Of a stretch of DNA of 64,000 nt, positions 41,915 to 52,963 are shown piece by piece (position 1 is the first letter of the stretch; each line of letters begins with the position of its first letter). Made by a program: the position numbers and the translations under genes. The notes under the pieces were generated by a model. It saw only the letters and a program-made list of their open reading frames with translations, was not told where the DNA came from and did no database searches. Source of the stretch: Bacteroidales bacterium (GTDB taxonomy: Bacteria; Bacteroidota; Bacteroidia; Bacteroidales; JAADJA01); contig JAWKKM010000015.1 of assembly GCA_041393255.1 (NCBI GenBank), forward strand, positions 468 to 64,467, given 5' to 3'.

Positions 41915-42994
41915 CTAAATTTCATTTACGGTTAAATCTTCATTGGATTCGTTCACCCAGGCGATGAATAATTTATATCCAAGAGATAAAACAATTGCAC
42001 CCAGAAAGAGGCCCATAAAACCCGATGCAATAAATCCGCCGATAGATCCCAGAAAAATAACCAATGTTGGAACAGGTGCGCCTTTGCCCATAAGCAGGGG
42101 CTTCATTATGTTATCTGATATCATAACCAGAACAAGGGCAATTGTCCACAGTATAGCTATCCAGGTTTCGCTTATAGTGAATAAATAAACGATTACTGGA
42201 ATAATAACCGGTGCCGGGCCAATTTGTATAATGGACAGGATCAGGCACAACAATGCCCATAAACCTGCATAAGGTATGCCTGCCATTAGAAAAACCAATC
42301 CAGCCAAAAAGGATTGTATGAAAGCTACACCCAAAACTCCTTTAGAAACATTTCGAACAGTGAGTTCTGCAATATTTGCATATTCATCACCCTTGTCATC
42401 AACAAGTTTTCGAAATAGTCTCTTAAGCATTTTACCCCCCTCTTCAGAATAGGCCAGGAAAATACCGGCAATAATTATAGAAATGATAAATTGAATAAAA
42501 GCCATTCCTGTCCCCATTAGTGCATTTATGAACCAGCTTCCAACAGATTTTAATTGGGTTGAATAGGATTGTAATGTCGCTTCAAGATTTTTATGGGCTC
42601 CCGACCAAATATTATAAACCGAATTACCAATTAAAGGCCATTCTTTAATCTCCTTGTCCGGTGGTGGAACTTTCAAATCCTCGGCACTCAGATCTTTGCT
42701 ATAAGCCTGAATCCCCGTTACCAATGAATCGGTAAAAACAATACTTGGGATGATAATAATAGCAAGTGAAATAAATACAATAACAATCGCCGCAATCTTT
42801 TTTTCGTTTTTCATTTTTTTACACACAGCCTTATAAAGAGGCAATATTGTGATTGCAATTATCAATGCCCAAAAAACAATGTTGGCAAAAGGTAAAATGA
42901 TTTGAAAACACCATACCAATAATAAAAGCAGTGCACCAAGTTTGATCGTAATATCAACAGCATTTTGAACGGGCGAATTTTTATTTGCAGCCAT
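41915..42994 (-). CDS. AI-2E family (PerM-like) transporter
   Basis: A polytopic membrane protein whose size and C-terminal G-rich helices are typical of the family. Confidence 0.7.
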   Translation of the reverse strand: MAANKNSPVQNAVDITIKLGALLLLLVWCFQIILPFANIVFWALIIAITILPLYKAVCKKMKNEKKIAAIVIVFISLAIIIIPSIVFTDSLVTGIQAYSKDLSAEDLKVPPPDKEIKEWPLIGNSVYNIWSGAHKNLEATLQSYSTQLKSVGSWFINALMGTGMAFIQFIISIIIAGIFLAYSEEGGKMLKRLFRKLVDDKGDEYANIAELTVRNVSKGVLGVAFIQSFLAGLVFLMAGIPYAGLWALLCLILSIIQIGPAPVIIPVIVYLFTISETWIAILWTIALVLVMISDNIMKPLLMGKGAPVPTLVIFLGSIGGFIASGFMGLFLGAIVLSLGYKLFIAWVNESNEDLTVNEI

Positions 42995-43113
42995 GTGTTT
43001 TAGTTTAAAGTTAATTGTAAATGACCAGGCTTATCTGTTCTAAGAAATAATTACATCACCCGGCAAAATGGTTTCCATAAACGTGGAAGCAACAAAATTA
43101 AGTAAAATCTTAA

Positions 43114-44244
43114 ATGTTGGGTATCTTTGCAAAAAATGGACAACCAGTGTCTGGACTTAAAAAAAATAAAGAATCAGCATTAAAAGTCAATAAAGGAATT
43201 GACCAACCAACTTCATTTCATCCTGATGCAGCAAGCCGTTTTAAAAAAAGCAGGCCTGATTTGTTGGATGTTAATACCTATGTTTCTGGAATTCGAGAAG
43301 GAAATCGCACAATTTTAAGCAAAGCCATCACCCTGGTCGAGAGTTCTTTGCCTGCCCATCAGAACCTTGCCCAGGAAATCATCGAAAAATGCCTTCCCTT
43401 TTCCGGAAATTCCATTCGCGTCGGAATAACAGGGGTTCCAGGAGTTGGCAAGAGTACTTTTATTGAAGCACTCGGAATTTATTTAACCAGAAATGGTAAA
43501 AAGCTGGCCGTGCTTGCCATTGATCCTAGCAGTGAAAAAACAAAAGGCAGTATTCTTGGAGATAAAACACGCATGGAGCAATTATCGGTTGATAAGAATG
43601 CATTTATCCGTCCTTCGCCATCTGCAGGCTCACTGGGTGGTGTAGCACGCAAAACCAAGGAGATTATTATTCTCTGTGAGGCTGCCGGATTCGATACTGT
43701 TTTTGTAGAAACTGTAGGAGTGGGGCAATCCGAAACAGCTGTGCACAGTATGGTTGATTTTTTCCTTTTATTGATGCTTGCCGGTGCCGGTGATGAATTG
43801 CAGGGCATCAAGAGAGGAATTATGGAAATGGCCGATGCCCTTGTCATCAACAAAGCCGATGGCGATAATATTCACAAGGCAGAACTGGCAAAGAGGGCTT
43901 ATGCCAATGCTTTGCATTTGTTTCCCCCTTCCGGGTCAGGATGGATTCCCCGGGTCGAAACGTGTTCTTCCATTTCAAATGTCGGGATTGAGAATGTTTG
44001 GCAAACCCTTACTGATTACCATGACCTGGCTGTAAAATCAGGTTATTTTGAATCCAAAAGAAAACAGCAGGAAATAAAGATTATGTTCAGTGCCATCGAA
44101 AATAAATTTCAGGAAGAATTTAAAAACGATCCTGAAGTCAATCGCATTTTACCATCCCTTGAGCAAAAAGTAATCAGCGGGGAGATAAGTTCCTACAAAG
44201 CAGCCTATCAGTTGCTGGAGGTTTATTTTAAGAACCGGGGTTGA
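43114..44244 (+). CDS. meaB: Methylmalonyl-CoA mutase-associated GTPase MeaB/ArgK
   Basis: GITGVPGVGKSTFIEALG (P-loop), ETVGVGQSE and NKADG motifs. The exact start is uncertain. Confidence 0.85.
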   Translation: MLGIFAKNGQPVSGLKKNKESALKVNKGIDQPTSFHPDAASRFKKSRPDLLDVNTYVSGIREGNRTILSKAITLVESSLPAHQNLAQEIIEKCLPFSGNSIRVGITGVPGVGKSTFIEALGIYLTRNGKKLAVLAIDPSSEKTKGSILGDKTRMEQLSVDKNAFIRPSPSAGSLGGVARKTKEIIILCEAAGFDTVFVETVGVGQSETAVHSMVDFFLLLMLAGAGDELQGIKRGIMEMADALVINKADGDNIHKAELAKRAYANALHLFPPSGSGWIPRVETCSSISNVGIENVWQTLTDYHDLAVKSGYFESKRKQQEIKIMFSAIENKFQEEFKNDPEVNRILPSLEQKVISGEISSYKAAYQLLEVYFKNRG

Positions 44245-44275
44245 TTAAAACCCATTCCTGCCAGGTTTCTGCAAA

Positions 44276-45334
44276 TCAGGTTTTTATTTTCTCTTTTGGT
44301 GGAAACCATATGGAAGCAAAAATGCTTATCAGCAAAATTCCAATAATCAAATAAAAGGAGTGTATAGTAGTAAACCCTAACCCTTTTAAAAACTCACCGA
44401 TAAGCATTTTTACACCGATCAAGGTTAACAGAACAGAAAGTCCAATCTTGAGGTAATAAAAACGGTTGATCACATTTTCAACCAGGAAGAATAGGGCTCT
44501 CAATCCCAGAATAGCAAAAATATTGGAAAAGAAAATAATAAAAGGATCTTTTGTAATTGAAAAAATGGCAGGTATGGAATCAACAGCAAAAATCACGTCG
44601 GAAAACTCAATTACAAGCAATACGATAAATAGGGGAGTGACAAACCATTTGCCGTTTTTCCTGATAAAAAACTTCTCTCCTTCAAATGAATTATGTGTCC
44701 GGAAATACCGCGAAGCAAACTTGACCACCGGATGGTTTTTAGGTTCAATTTCTTCCTTTTTGTTGCGTGTAAAAAACATGTGAATTCCCGTATAGATCAG
44801 GAAAAAACCAAATAAGTATAAAATCCAGTGAAATCGAATGACAAGTGCTGAACCTGCAAAAATGAAAATAAACCGCATGACAACTGCTCCCAAAATTCCC
44901 CAGGTGAGCACACGCTTATAATATTTTTCCTCTACTCCAAATGCATAAAAGATCATGATCATGACAAAAATATTATCCACCGACAGGGTTTTCTCAATTA
45001 AATATCCGGACAAGTATTCAAGTGCAAGATTTTTTTCATAAAGCATGAGCGCTTCAGGATAGGCAAGCCCGGTGATATCAATGGGATGATCATACTTGTC
45101 AATTCTTAGTTGAAGCTCGGCAAGGTTGTCGATACCGTGAATATAATTGCCAAAATAAATTATGAAAAAATAAAACCCAATAGAAAGGCCAATCCAAATG
45201 ATTGACCAGATTAGGGCTTCTTTGAAACCGATAATGTGACTTTTCTTACTGAAAACACCCAGGTCAATTATCAGGATGGTGAAAATAAAAGCCAGGAATA
45301 AAGTAAAAAATGTTATTTCAGAAAAGTTGAACAT
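44276..45334 (-). CDS. TerC-family integral membrane protein
   Basis: A polytopic protein with SVDNIFV- and AVDSIPA-type TerC motifs. Confidence 0.75.
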   Translation of the reverse strand: MFNFSEITFFTLFLAFIFTILIIDLGVFSKKSHIIGFKEALIWSIIWIGLSIGFYFFIIYFGNYIHGIDNLAELQLRIDKYDHPIDITGLAYPEALMLYEKNLALEYLSGYLIEKTLSVDNIFVMIMIFYAFGVEEKYYKRVLTWGILGAVVMRFIFIFAGSALVIRFHWILYLFGFFLIYTGIHMFFTRNKKEEIEPKNHPVVKFASRYFRTHNSFEGEKFFIRKNGKWFVTPLFIVLLVIEFSDVIFAVDSIPAIFSITKDPFIIFFSNIFAILGLRALFFLVENVINRFYYLKIGLSVLLTLIGVKMLIGEFLKGLGFTTIHSFYLIIGILLISIFASIWFPPKEKIKT

Positions 45335-45500
45335 CGGGCCTAGAATTTCGGGTCAAAGGTAATTAAAGTAAAACAATAAATAATAGTTGGGTATTCGAAA
45401 AAGGGAAATATTTGATCGTCCCAATTGAAAGAACAATTGAACAACGATTTATCGGGCTTTAGCCCAATAATATTAATATTTCAAGAACTACCTTAAACTT

Positions 45501-45890
45501 TTATGTCCTCGAATGAAGAGCAACCCGGTTACCTTCTGAATCTATAAAGATAGCCATGTAGCCATGATCATCCGAAATTTTTCTTCTGGGTTCGATGATT
45601 TTCCCACCGGCCTTTTTAATATTTTCAAGATCCTTGTTCAAATCACCAGTGGGTGTAGTCAGATAAATCAGGATACCATCAGCAGAAGGTTTATAATGCT
45701 CGGGATGGTGAACCAGCGAACCTCCTGAACCTGTTGTATTTTCAAACCACGGAAACCATGCCATGTCCAATGGGCCCATCTGGGCACGGGTCAGTTCAAT
45801 TTGCAAAACGGATTCATAAAATTTAATGGCACGCTCCATATCCGCAACCGGGATTTCGAACCAGCCAACAATGTTGTGTGTATAAGCCAT
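45501..45890 (-). CDS. VOC (glyoxalase/bleomycin-resistance) family protein
   Basis: 129 aa. The WFEIPVADMERAIKFYESV start is typical of this family. Confidence 0.7.
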   Translation of the reverse strand: MAYTHNIVGWFEIPVADMERAIKFYESVLQIELTRAQMGPLDMAWFPWFENTTGSGGSLVHHPEHYKPSADGILIYLTTPTGDLNKDLENIKKAGGKIIEPRRKISDDHGYMAIFIDSEGNRVALHSRT

Positions 45891-46013
45891 AGTAAAAAAT
45901 GTTTAGGTTGTTTTTTTGAATTGATCGCAATAATGATAACAATTTTTAGGCTTCATTGTTCTCAATTTAATGATGGATTTCGCAACATATCCTGAGTTGG
46001 AAACACCAATAAA

Positions 46014-46361
46014 CTAACGGTTGTATTTATACAATGTCCCGTTGAATTTATCGGACGGATATTTCTTTCGGTTTTTGATCATTTTTTCATAATCCGCCGA
46101 TTCAAGGTCTATGTCCAGCTTGTCGGCCAATCGCATAAGGTAGATGAAAACATCCGCCAGTTCTTCTTTCGCCGCCTGCTTCAATTCAGGGCCTATATTT
46201 TGTTTTTCCGATTCCTCGGGTGTCAGCCATTGGAAAACATCCAGCAATTCTCCAGCTTCCCCGGCAAGGGCCATGGAAAGGTTTTTGGGATTGTGAAACT
46301 GTTCCCAATTGCGTTCATCAATAAATTCCTGAAATCTTTTTTGAAATCGTTTTATGTCCAT
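46014..46361 (-). CDS. MazG-like nucleotide pyrophosphohydrolase
   Basis: LAGEAGELLDVFQW...EELADVFIYLMRLADKLDIDL motif. Confidence 0.8.
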   Translation of the reverse strand: MDIKRFQKRFQEFIDERNWEQFHNPKNLSMALAGEAGELLDVFQWLTPEESEKQNIGPELKQAAKEELADVFIYLMRLADKLDIDLESADYEKMIKNRKKYPSDKFNGTLYKYNR

Positions 46362-46426
46362 AATTGTTTTGAAATTAAATAGATTGGGCTCTGATTATCC
46401 CAGCCCAGAAAAACTGGAAGTAGATG

Positions 46427-46555
46427 TTTGCCACAGATTCACAGATTTTACGAATAAATAATAAATAGTCACTGAGCAAACTACCTTTGGTAGTTTGAAA
46501 TCTGTGATATATTATTTGCAATAAAATCATTTTTATTTTGTGAATCTGTGGCAAA
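46427..46555. repeat. 129-bp MITE/REP-like element: 17-bp perfect terminal inverted repeats enclosing a 9-bp-stem hairpin
   Basis: TTTGCCACAGATTCACA (46427-46443) is the exact reverse complement of 46539-46555. There is an inner palindrome CAAACTACCtttGGTAGTTTG at 46477-46497. CACAGATT is tandemly repeated at the left end and occurs again, inverted, near 46499-46507. Confidence 0.7.
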
Positions 46556-46626
46556 TATTAATTGTGTAATTGTTTTCTACAAAAAAATACAAGAATATCA
46601 GAAATAAGATACTAATGCTGATTGTT

Positions 46627-47376
46627 TTACCTTTTAAATCCTTCAATAAATTCAAACAGCTCTTCGCGCCTGCCAGAGGCAACAGGGATTTCTGTATTAT
46701 CCGACAGGAATACCTTTCCGCCTTCCGATTTTTCATAACGCTTAAAATGTTTGAGATTGATGAGGTAGGAACGGTGGATCCTGAAAAAGCCATTCTCTTT
46801 CAGCAATGCTTCATATTCTTTGATGGGTTTGGATATCAAAATTGGATTATCCGATTTTAGATGAACCCTTGTATAATTCCCATCTGCACTGCAATAGGAA
46901 ATGTCAGATAATTCAACCAGGAAAATGTTTTCTGCATCTTTCAATACAATTTTATCATAGTCCTTCTTGGAGAAACCATGAAGCGCATTTTTATATTGAA
47001 TTTTAAATTTCGGGTCAATCTGTTTCCGGGCTTTATCAACAGCTTCAACCAATTCATCAGAATCAACAGGTTTTAAAAGATAATCGAGTGCGCTAAAACG
47101 GAAAGCCTTTAAAGCATATTCCTGGAAGGCAGTAATAAATATCACTTTGAATGAAATGGTATCGAATAGTTCCAATAAATCAAACCCGGTTCCCTCGGTC
47201 AGCTGGATATCCAAAAATACCAGATCAGGTTTGGTTCTGTTAATCAGCTCAAATCCTGCTTTAACAGATTCTGCGCTACCAAGAACCTCCACATCAGGAC
47301 AATGCCCTTTTAAAAGATTTTGCAAGCGCTCCAGGTTTTGCACTTCGTCCTCTATGATAACAGCTCGAATCAACAT
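46627..47376 (-). CDS. LytTR-family response regulator
   Basis: A receiver domain (DLVFLDIQLTEGTG) joined to a LytTR domain (FFRIHRSYLINL). The ORF is intact. Confidence 0.85.
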   Translation of the reverse strand: MLIRAVIIEDEVQNLERLQNLLKGHCPDVEVLGSAESVKAGFELINRTKPDLVFLDIQLTEGTGFDLLELFDTISFKVIFITAFQEYALKAFRFSALDYLLKPVDSDELVEAVDKARKQIDPKFKIQYKNALHGFSKKDYDKIVLKDAENIFLVELSDISYCSADGNYTRVHLKSDNPILISKPIKEYEALLKENGFFRIHRSYLINLKHFKRYEKSEGGKVFLSDNTEIPVASGRREELFEFIEGFKR

Positions 47377-47466
47377 TAAGATTTTGAGGGTTAAAAATAA
47401 TCAAATTCCAGCAACCTGCAACCTCAGGAATTTTTACTATTTTAGTAAACTGAATTTCCCCAAGTT

Positions 47467-49511
47467 ATGACATCAGTCAATTTTTTATCGAAAATAATCA
47501 TTTTTTACTTTTTTTTATTTTGCTTTTGGCCTGGAGTGATCCAAGCTCAAATATTTGATAAGTTCGAGCGGGTCAATACCGACAGCCTTAAACAGTTGCT
47601 CGAAGGGAAATCTGATTTGGAAACGATAGAAATCTATTTTCAAATTGCCAAAGGTTATTTTGTTATTGAGCCTGATTCCTGTATGAAATACGCTGAAATT
47701 GCATCGCAACTTGCTTTGGAGTCAAAAGATCAGGATCTGATCGCGATTTCAAATTACTACCTCGGCAGGGCATATTATTATAAAGGGCAATATGAAGAGG
47801 CAGCCGAACAATTCATCAATGGTTTTGACTATTTTATGAGAAAAAGGACACTGCTCAAATTTTGAATATGGCAACGGAATTATCCTTTGTTTATCTGTAT
47901 GCCAGAAATTACGATGTCCTTCGAAAGCACCTGGAGGATGTGACAAATTATATAGGTTGGATAAAAGACACGGTTCAATTGTCATTTATCATTACTGGAG
48001 CCGGCTATTGCTACTATGTTATGGGCGACTATGAACGCTCCAATAAACATTACGAATTGTTTTTTGATATCTGTGACAAATATCCCATACCGCTTGAACT
48101 TAAGGCACATTTTTACAGATATACAGGTATTAATTATGAACGCATGGGAGACTTGCCTAACGCTCTTGAATATTGCCAGCAGGCAAATGAACTACGTAAG
48201 GAAATTAATTTAAACCCACTTTATGACTTCATGGGATCTATTTATTTTAAAATGGATAGCCTGGATAAAGCGGAACAATATTTTCAGAAATACCTTGAAC
48301 TTAACAAGGATGGTGACATCGTAATTACACCCGGGATTGCTTCAGGTATGCTCGGTAAAATTTGGTCGAAGCGCGGACAGTTTAAGAAAGCTGAAGCCGC
48401 TTTTAAGTTTGCGCTGGAGCTGGCGGAATGGGTTTATGAGCATAAAATGTATGCAAAAACCAAAGAGGCGGACATCAGGAGTAACTATATGGCCCATCAG
48501 TCAGTGGGCAGTTTTAGGGAAGATCAGGCGCTGAATATGATTGCCTCCAATCATTACGAATTGTATAAATTATACGATCGGCAATCGATGGCCCAAAAGG
48601 CACTTGATGAATATATCCTCTATCATGAAGCTTTGAAAGAATATGAAAATTTCGAGCAAGTTGCTGCCATCGAGGAGATCAAAGACCGCTATGAAGCTGA
48701 GAAGAAAGAACAGACCATTACGACCCTTTCACAGGAAAAGGCAATGGGCCAAATGCAGTTAAGGCAATCGCGTATCATTGTTTTCGCAATTGGCGGACTT
48801 TTTTTGTTAGCAGTGGCATTGGCCATTTTATTTATCCGCATGATCAGGATCAGGTCGGAGCAGAAATCCGTGGTACTTGAACAAAAATTACTACGCTCAC
48901 AAATGAATCCTCATTTTATTTTCAATGCACTTTCCAATATCACCAACCTGGTTGAAAAACAGGATACTGTTGCGGCATCAAAATTCCTGAATCGTTTTGC
49001 ACGGTTGGTGAGGCATATCCTGGAAAGTACCCGCGAGGATTTTATTCCGCTTGATGATGAACTCAAAAACCTTGAAAACTACCTGGAACTTCAGCAACTC
49101 AGGTTTAATGATAAATTCACCTATTCCATCATACTCGATGATGATGTTGTTGCCGATGAAATCATGATCCCTACCATGCTGGTACAGCCATTTGTTGAGA
49201 ATGCCATTGAGCACGGCATCAAACCCAAGGAAGAAAGCGGGCATGTGAAGGTCAGGTTTTATAAGCAAAATCATTTGATAACTTGTGAAGTGGAAGATGA
49301 TGGCATCGGGAGGGAGCAAGCCATCAGGATTGAACCGTTCAAGCATCCACACCGGTCGTACGGCGTTGCCATTGCCCGCGAACGGCTGGCTGCCATGAGT
49401 AAAAAAATCCGTATTAAGGTAAAATTGAACATTGTTGATCTAAAAACAGATTCCGGAGAATCTTCGGGCACCAAAGTCATCATCAATATGCCTTATAAAA
49501 TGGCGGTGTAA
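47467..49511 (+). CDS. TPR-containing sensor histidine kinase (LytS/His_kinase type) with one frame break near 47850
   Basis: Signal/TM segment, TPR repeats, another TM segment, then LRSQMNPHFIFNAL (His_kinase PF06580-type H-box) and a HATPase domain. The frame is restored by adding a T to a T-run. Confidence 0.8.
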
Positions 49512-50037
49512 AAACTAAATAATTTTAAATAATTGAATTCTAAACTTCATTAATAGGTAAAAATCACTTTTAATATTCAGGTCTGTAAATTTCTTTGTCC
49601 CATTGATTGTAATTTCCCAGCATTATAAAATAATATTTAACATTTACAGGGAGAATGAAATAAACCACAATTGACTGAAAGTACCTAAGTTTTGTGCTGT
49701 GAATGAAATTCAAAAATTGAATATCGAACAAGGAATGATGAATTATGATTTTTAGAAGCCTATTGAAACAAATAGGATGCAGGCAATGATAATGGCAAAC
49801 TTCAAAATTCGATATTCGTTAATCGATATTCGGCATTTATATATTTATAGAGACAAAAGTGACTGCAATAGAATTGCAGGGTTTTAACCTTTAACTAGAT
49901 CAAAAAAACCAATATTCACACAACCACAAGCCCCTTTCATACATTTCCAGGGGCCATTCATACATCTACCAAAAAAATCATGGTTTGATACTTTATTTTA
50001 GTGGGAAAATAACAAACACTTATAATAATACCCGATC

Positions 50038-52761
50038 ATGAAAAAACTTACACTTTTATTAGCCATCTTTATGATAGCAAATTTGCTGTATTCTCAAACC
50101 AAAGATTCGTGCCTGCCCGAAGGGATCACTTTTACTACCCAGTTACAAATTGATAATTTTCAAACCAACTATCCGGGTTGTACCGAGATAGAGGGGGATG
50201 TCGTAATTGGTTATTCCTGGGGTGGAACTGATATTATTAACCTTACTGGATTGAATGTGTTGACATTCATTGGAGGTGATCTGACTATTTGGAATAATTA
50301 TGTCTTAACCAGTCTGGCAGGTCTTGATAATTTAAATTCAATAGGAGGCGACCTGACTATTGAATATAATCCTTTGACGAGTCTGGCAGGATTGGAAGGA
50401 ATTGACAGTATTATTGGTTGCCTGAATATTGTAAATAATATTTTCCTGGCAAGTTTGGCAGGGCTGGATAATTTGATTTCCATTGGCGGTTGCCTTAACA
50501 TTAATCAAAACGGATCGCTAACCAGCCTCACAGGACTGGAATGCTTGACGTGTATTGGATCTAATTTCTTATTATACGATAATGAAGTGCTTACCAGCCT
50601 ATCTGGATTGGCTAATCTTACTTCTGTGGGAAGTTCCCTGAAAATTCAAGGTAATTATGGATTGATTAGCCTGGCGGGTCTTGATAATTTAAATTCATTA
50701 GGAGGTGACCTGACTATTGCAACTAATTCTTTGACGAGTCTGGCAGGATTGGAAGGACTTGACAGTATTGTTGGTTGCCTGAATATTGAATATAATGGTG
50801 GATTGATCAGCCTTACAGGATTAGAAGGAATTACCTCGGTAGCCGGTGACCTTAATATTCATTCAAATAATTCCTGACCAGCCTTGCAGGGCTGGATAAT
50901 GTGGCTTCGATAGGGGGTGATATTAAAATACATTATAACTCTTCTCTGACAAGCATGTCAGGGTTGGGGAATTGACCTCCATTGACGGTGATCTCAGGTT
51001 TCAAGGTAATGATGCCTTGACCAGCCTTACAGGGCTGGATAATGTAACATCCATTGGTGGTAATTTGAGTTTGTCGAGTAATGATGCCCTGACCAACCTA
51101 TCTGGACTATATAATTTAACATCTGTTGGTGAGGGTCTTTATGTTAGTGATAATGATGCCCTGACCAGCCTTTCTGGATTGGCTAATGTTACTTCTGTCG
51201 GTAGTTCCCTGAAGATTCAAGGTAATAGTGGATTGACCAGCCTGATTGGATTGGAAAATGTTACTTCTGTTGGGGAATTTGCTGGATATTCAAGGTAATA
51301 GTGGTTGCCAGCCTGACTGGATTGACTAATCTTACTTCTGTCGGAAGTTTACTGTGGATTCGAGGTAATAGTGGATTAACCAGCCTTTCGGGATTGGAAA
51401 ATATTAACGCTGTAGGGTCCCTGGCCATTCAAGGTAATATTGGATTGACCAACCTGGCTGGTCTTGAAGGATTGACTTCCATTGGCGGGGGTACCTTCGA
51501 TAACATTTAACCCTGCTTTGACTGACTTTGACAGGGCTTGGATAATATCGAGGCAACCAGTATAACAAATTTAGCTATTCATTCTAATGGTTCATTAAAC
51601 ATGTGTGAAGCAATATGGTTGTGCAATTATCTGGCCAGTCCAAACGGAAGTGTAAATATTTATAATAATGTCCAAGGATGCAAATAATTCAGGAGAAATT
51701 GCCAATGCCTGCGGCCTTAATCCGCCTTGCCTGCCATTTGGAAACTACTATTTTTATCACAAGATGAAATTGATGATTTCCCAATCAATCACCCCAATTG
51801 TAATGAACTTGAAGGATATGAGAATTGGGGGTGACGATATTCGAGCTTATTGGCTTAAATCAGGTAACTTCGATAGGGAGTAATCTCTCAATTGGAGATT
51901 GGACGTATTACTTTGGAGGAAATCCCATGCTTACAGACTTATCGGGATTGGAAAATGTGACCTCCGTAGAGGAAGGTCTCAGGATTATAAATAACCCTGC
52001 CAACCAGTCTTACTGGACTGGACAATTTAACATCCATTGGGGTGGCCTGAATTATGGAGTAATTCATAGACAATACAACCTATCCGGATTGTACAACGTA
52101 ACATCTATTGGCGAGAACCTTTATATTAGCGATAACTCTGTAGCCAGTCTTACAGGACTGGATAATGTAACCACTATTGGGGTAGCCTTGAATTATGGAA
52201 TAATTTTGCACTATCCAGCTTATCCGGACTGTACAACCTAACATCTATTGGTGAGAACCTTTATATTGTAAATAATAGTGCCCTGACCAGCCTTACGGGA
52301 CTGGACAATATTGAAGTGATTCAATCGCATACCTTGTGATTCAAAATAATCAAACTTTTATTATCTGCGAAGTTCAAAGTATATGCGATTATCTTACAAG
52401 TTCTAATGGAGAAGTAGAAATTTGGGGAAACGCTCCCGGATGCAATAGCCCCGAAGAAATTGACAGTCTGTGTAACATAACTGTAGTTCAAAATTTTTAC
52501 GAAGAGTATGAAATTTTAATTTCTCCAAACCCAATAAACATTCAGGCAGTTTTAAGTTTCAATTTAACAACACCCCGACCGGTTGATATTCGTATTTACA
52601 ACACCACCGGCATTTGCCTCAACAGCTGGCAATTCCAAAATCAGCAGCCTGGTCAAAAAGAGTTTAAACTTGATTTGAAAGATTTACAAGCTGGCATTTA
52701 TTTCTGTCAGGTACAAATTGGGAATAAAATGGTAACAAAGAAAATCATTAAAACAAAATAG
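50038..52761 (+). CDS. Highly repetitive LRR-like surface protein with two Cys-rich modules and a T9SS C-terminal domain (at least 8 frame breaks)
   Basis: The signal peptide is followed by dozens of repeats of about 22-24 aa (LTSLxGLxNLTSIGGxLxIxxN). The Cys-rich modules lie near 51590-51720 and 52336-52480. The C-terminus ISPNPINIQAVLSF...GIYFCQV.. is a T9SS sorting domain. The two breaks I checked are restored by adding a base to a homopolymer. Confidence 0.7.
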
Positions 52762-52929
52762 CCTTGAGCACCTTAACTTGCTATCATTCCATAATATCAC
52801 AAAGTCATTGGGTTCATTCCTGATAAGGACTGACATGGATTGACAACTCAATAAAAGTGCAAAAAACGGTCTCCCGATGCCTATTGTCGGGAGCGATATC
52901 TTTTTCCTTTCATGCATCCCGAAATTCCC

Positions 52930-52937
52930 TAATTTTG
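52930..52937 (+). promoter_or_regulatory. -7 box TAATTTTG
   Basis: TAnnTTTG 27 nt upstream of the ATG at 52964. Confidence 0.35.
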
Positions 52938-52963
52938 GATATTCAACAATCCCCGATTTTAAT

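Noticed and set aside
43122-43129. A fourth TATCTTTG box, just inside the annotated 5' end of meaB
   Set aside because: It lies downstream of the only in-frame ATG (43114). Homologous MeaB proteins have a comparable N-terminal extension, so it may be coincidental. The start codon remains ambiguous (GTG 43150 is possible).
50038-52300. Regularly spaced DNA repeats that might have been a CRISPR-like array
   Set aside because: The repeats are in-frame coding LRR units of about 66-72 nt with graded divergence and no unique spacers. They belong to a signal-peptide to T9SS-CTD protein.
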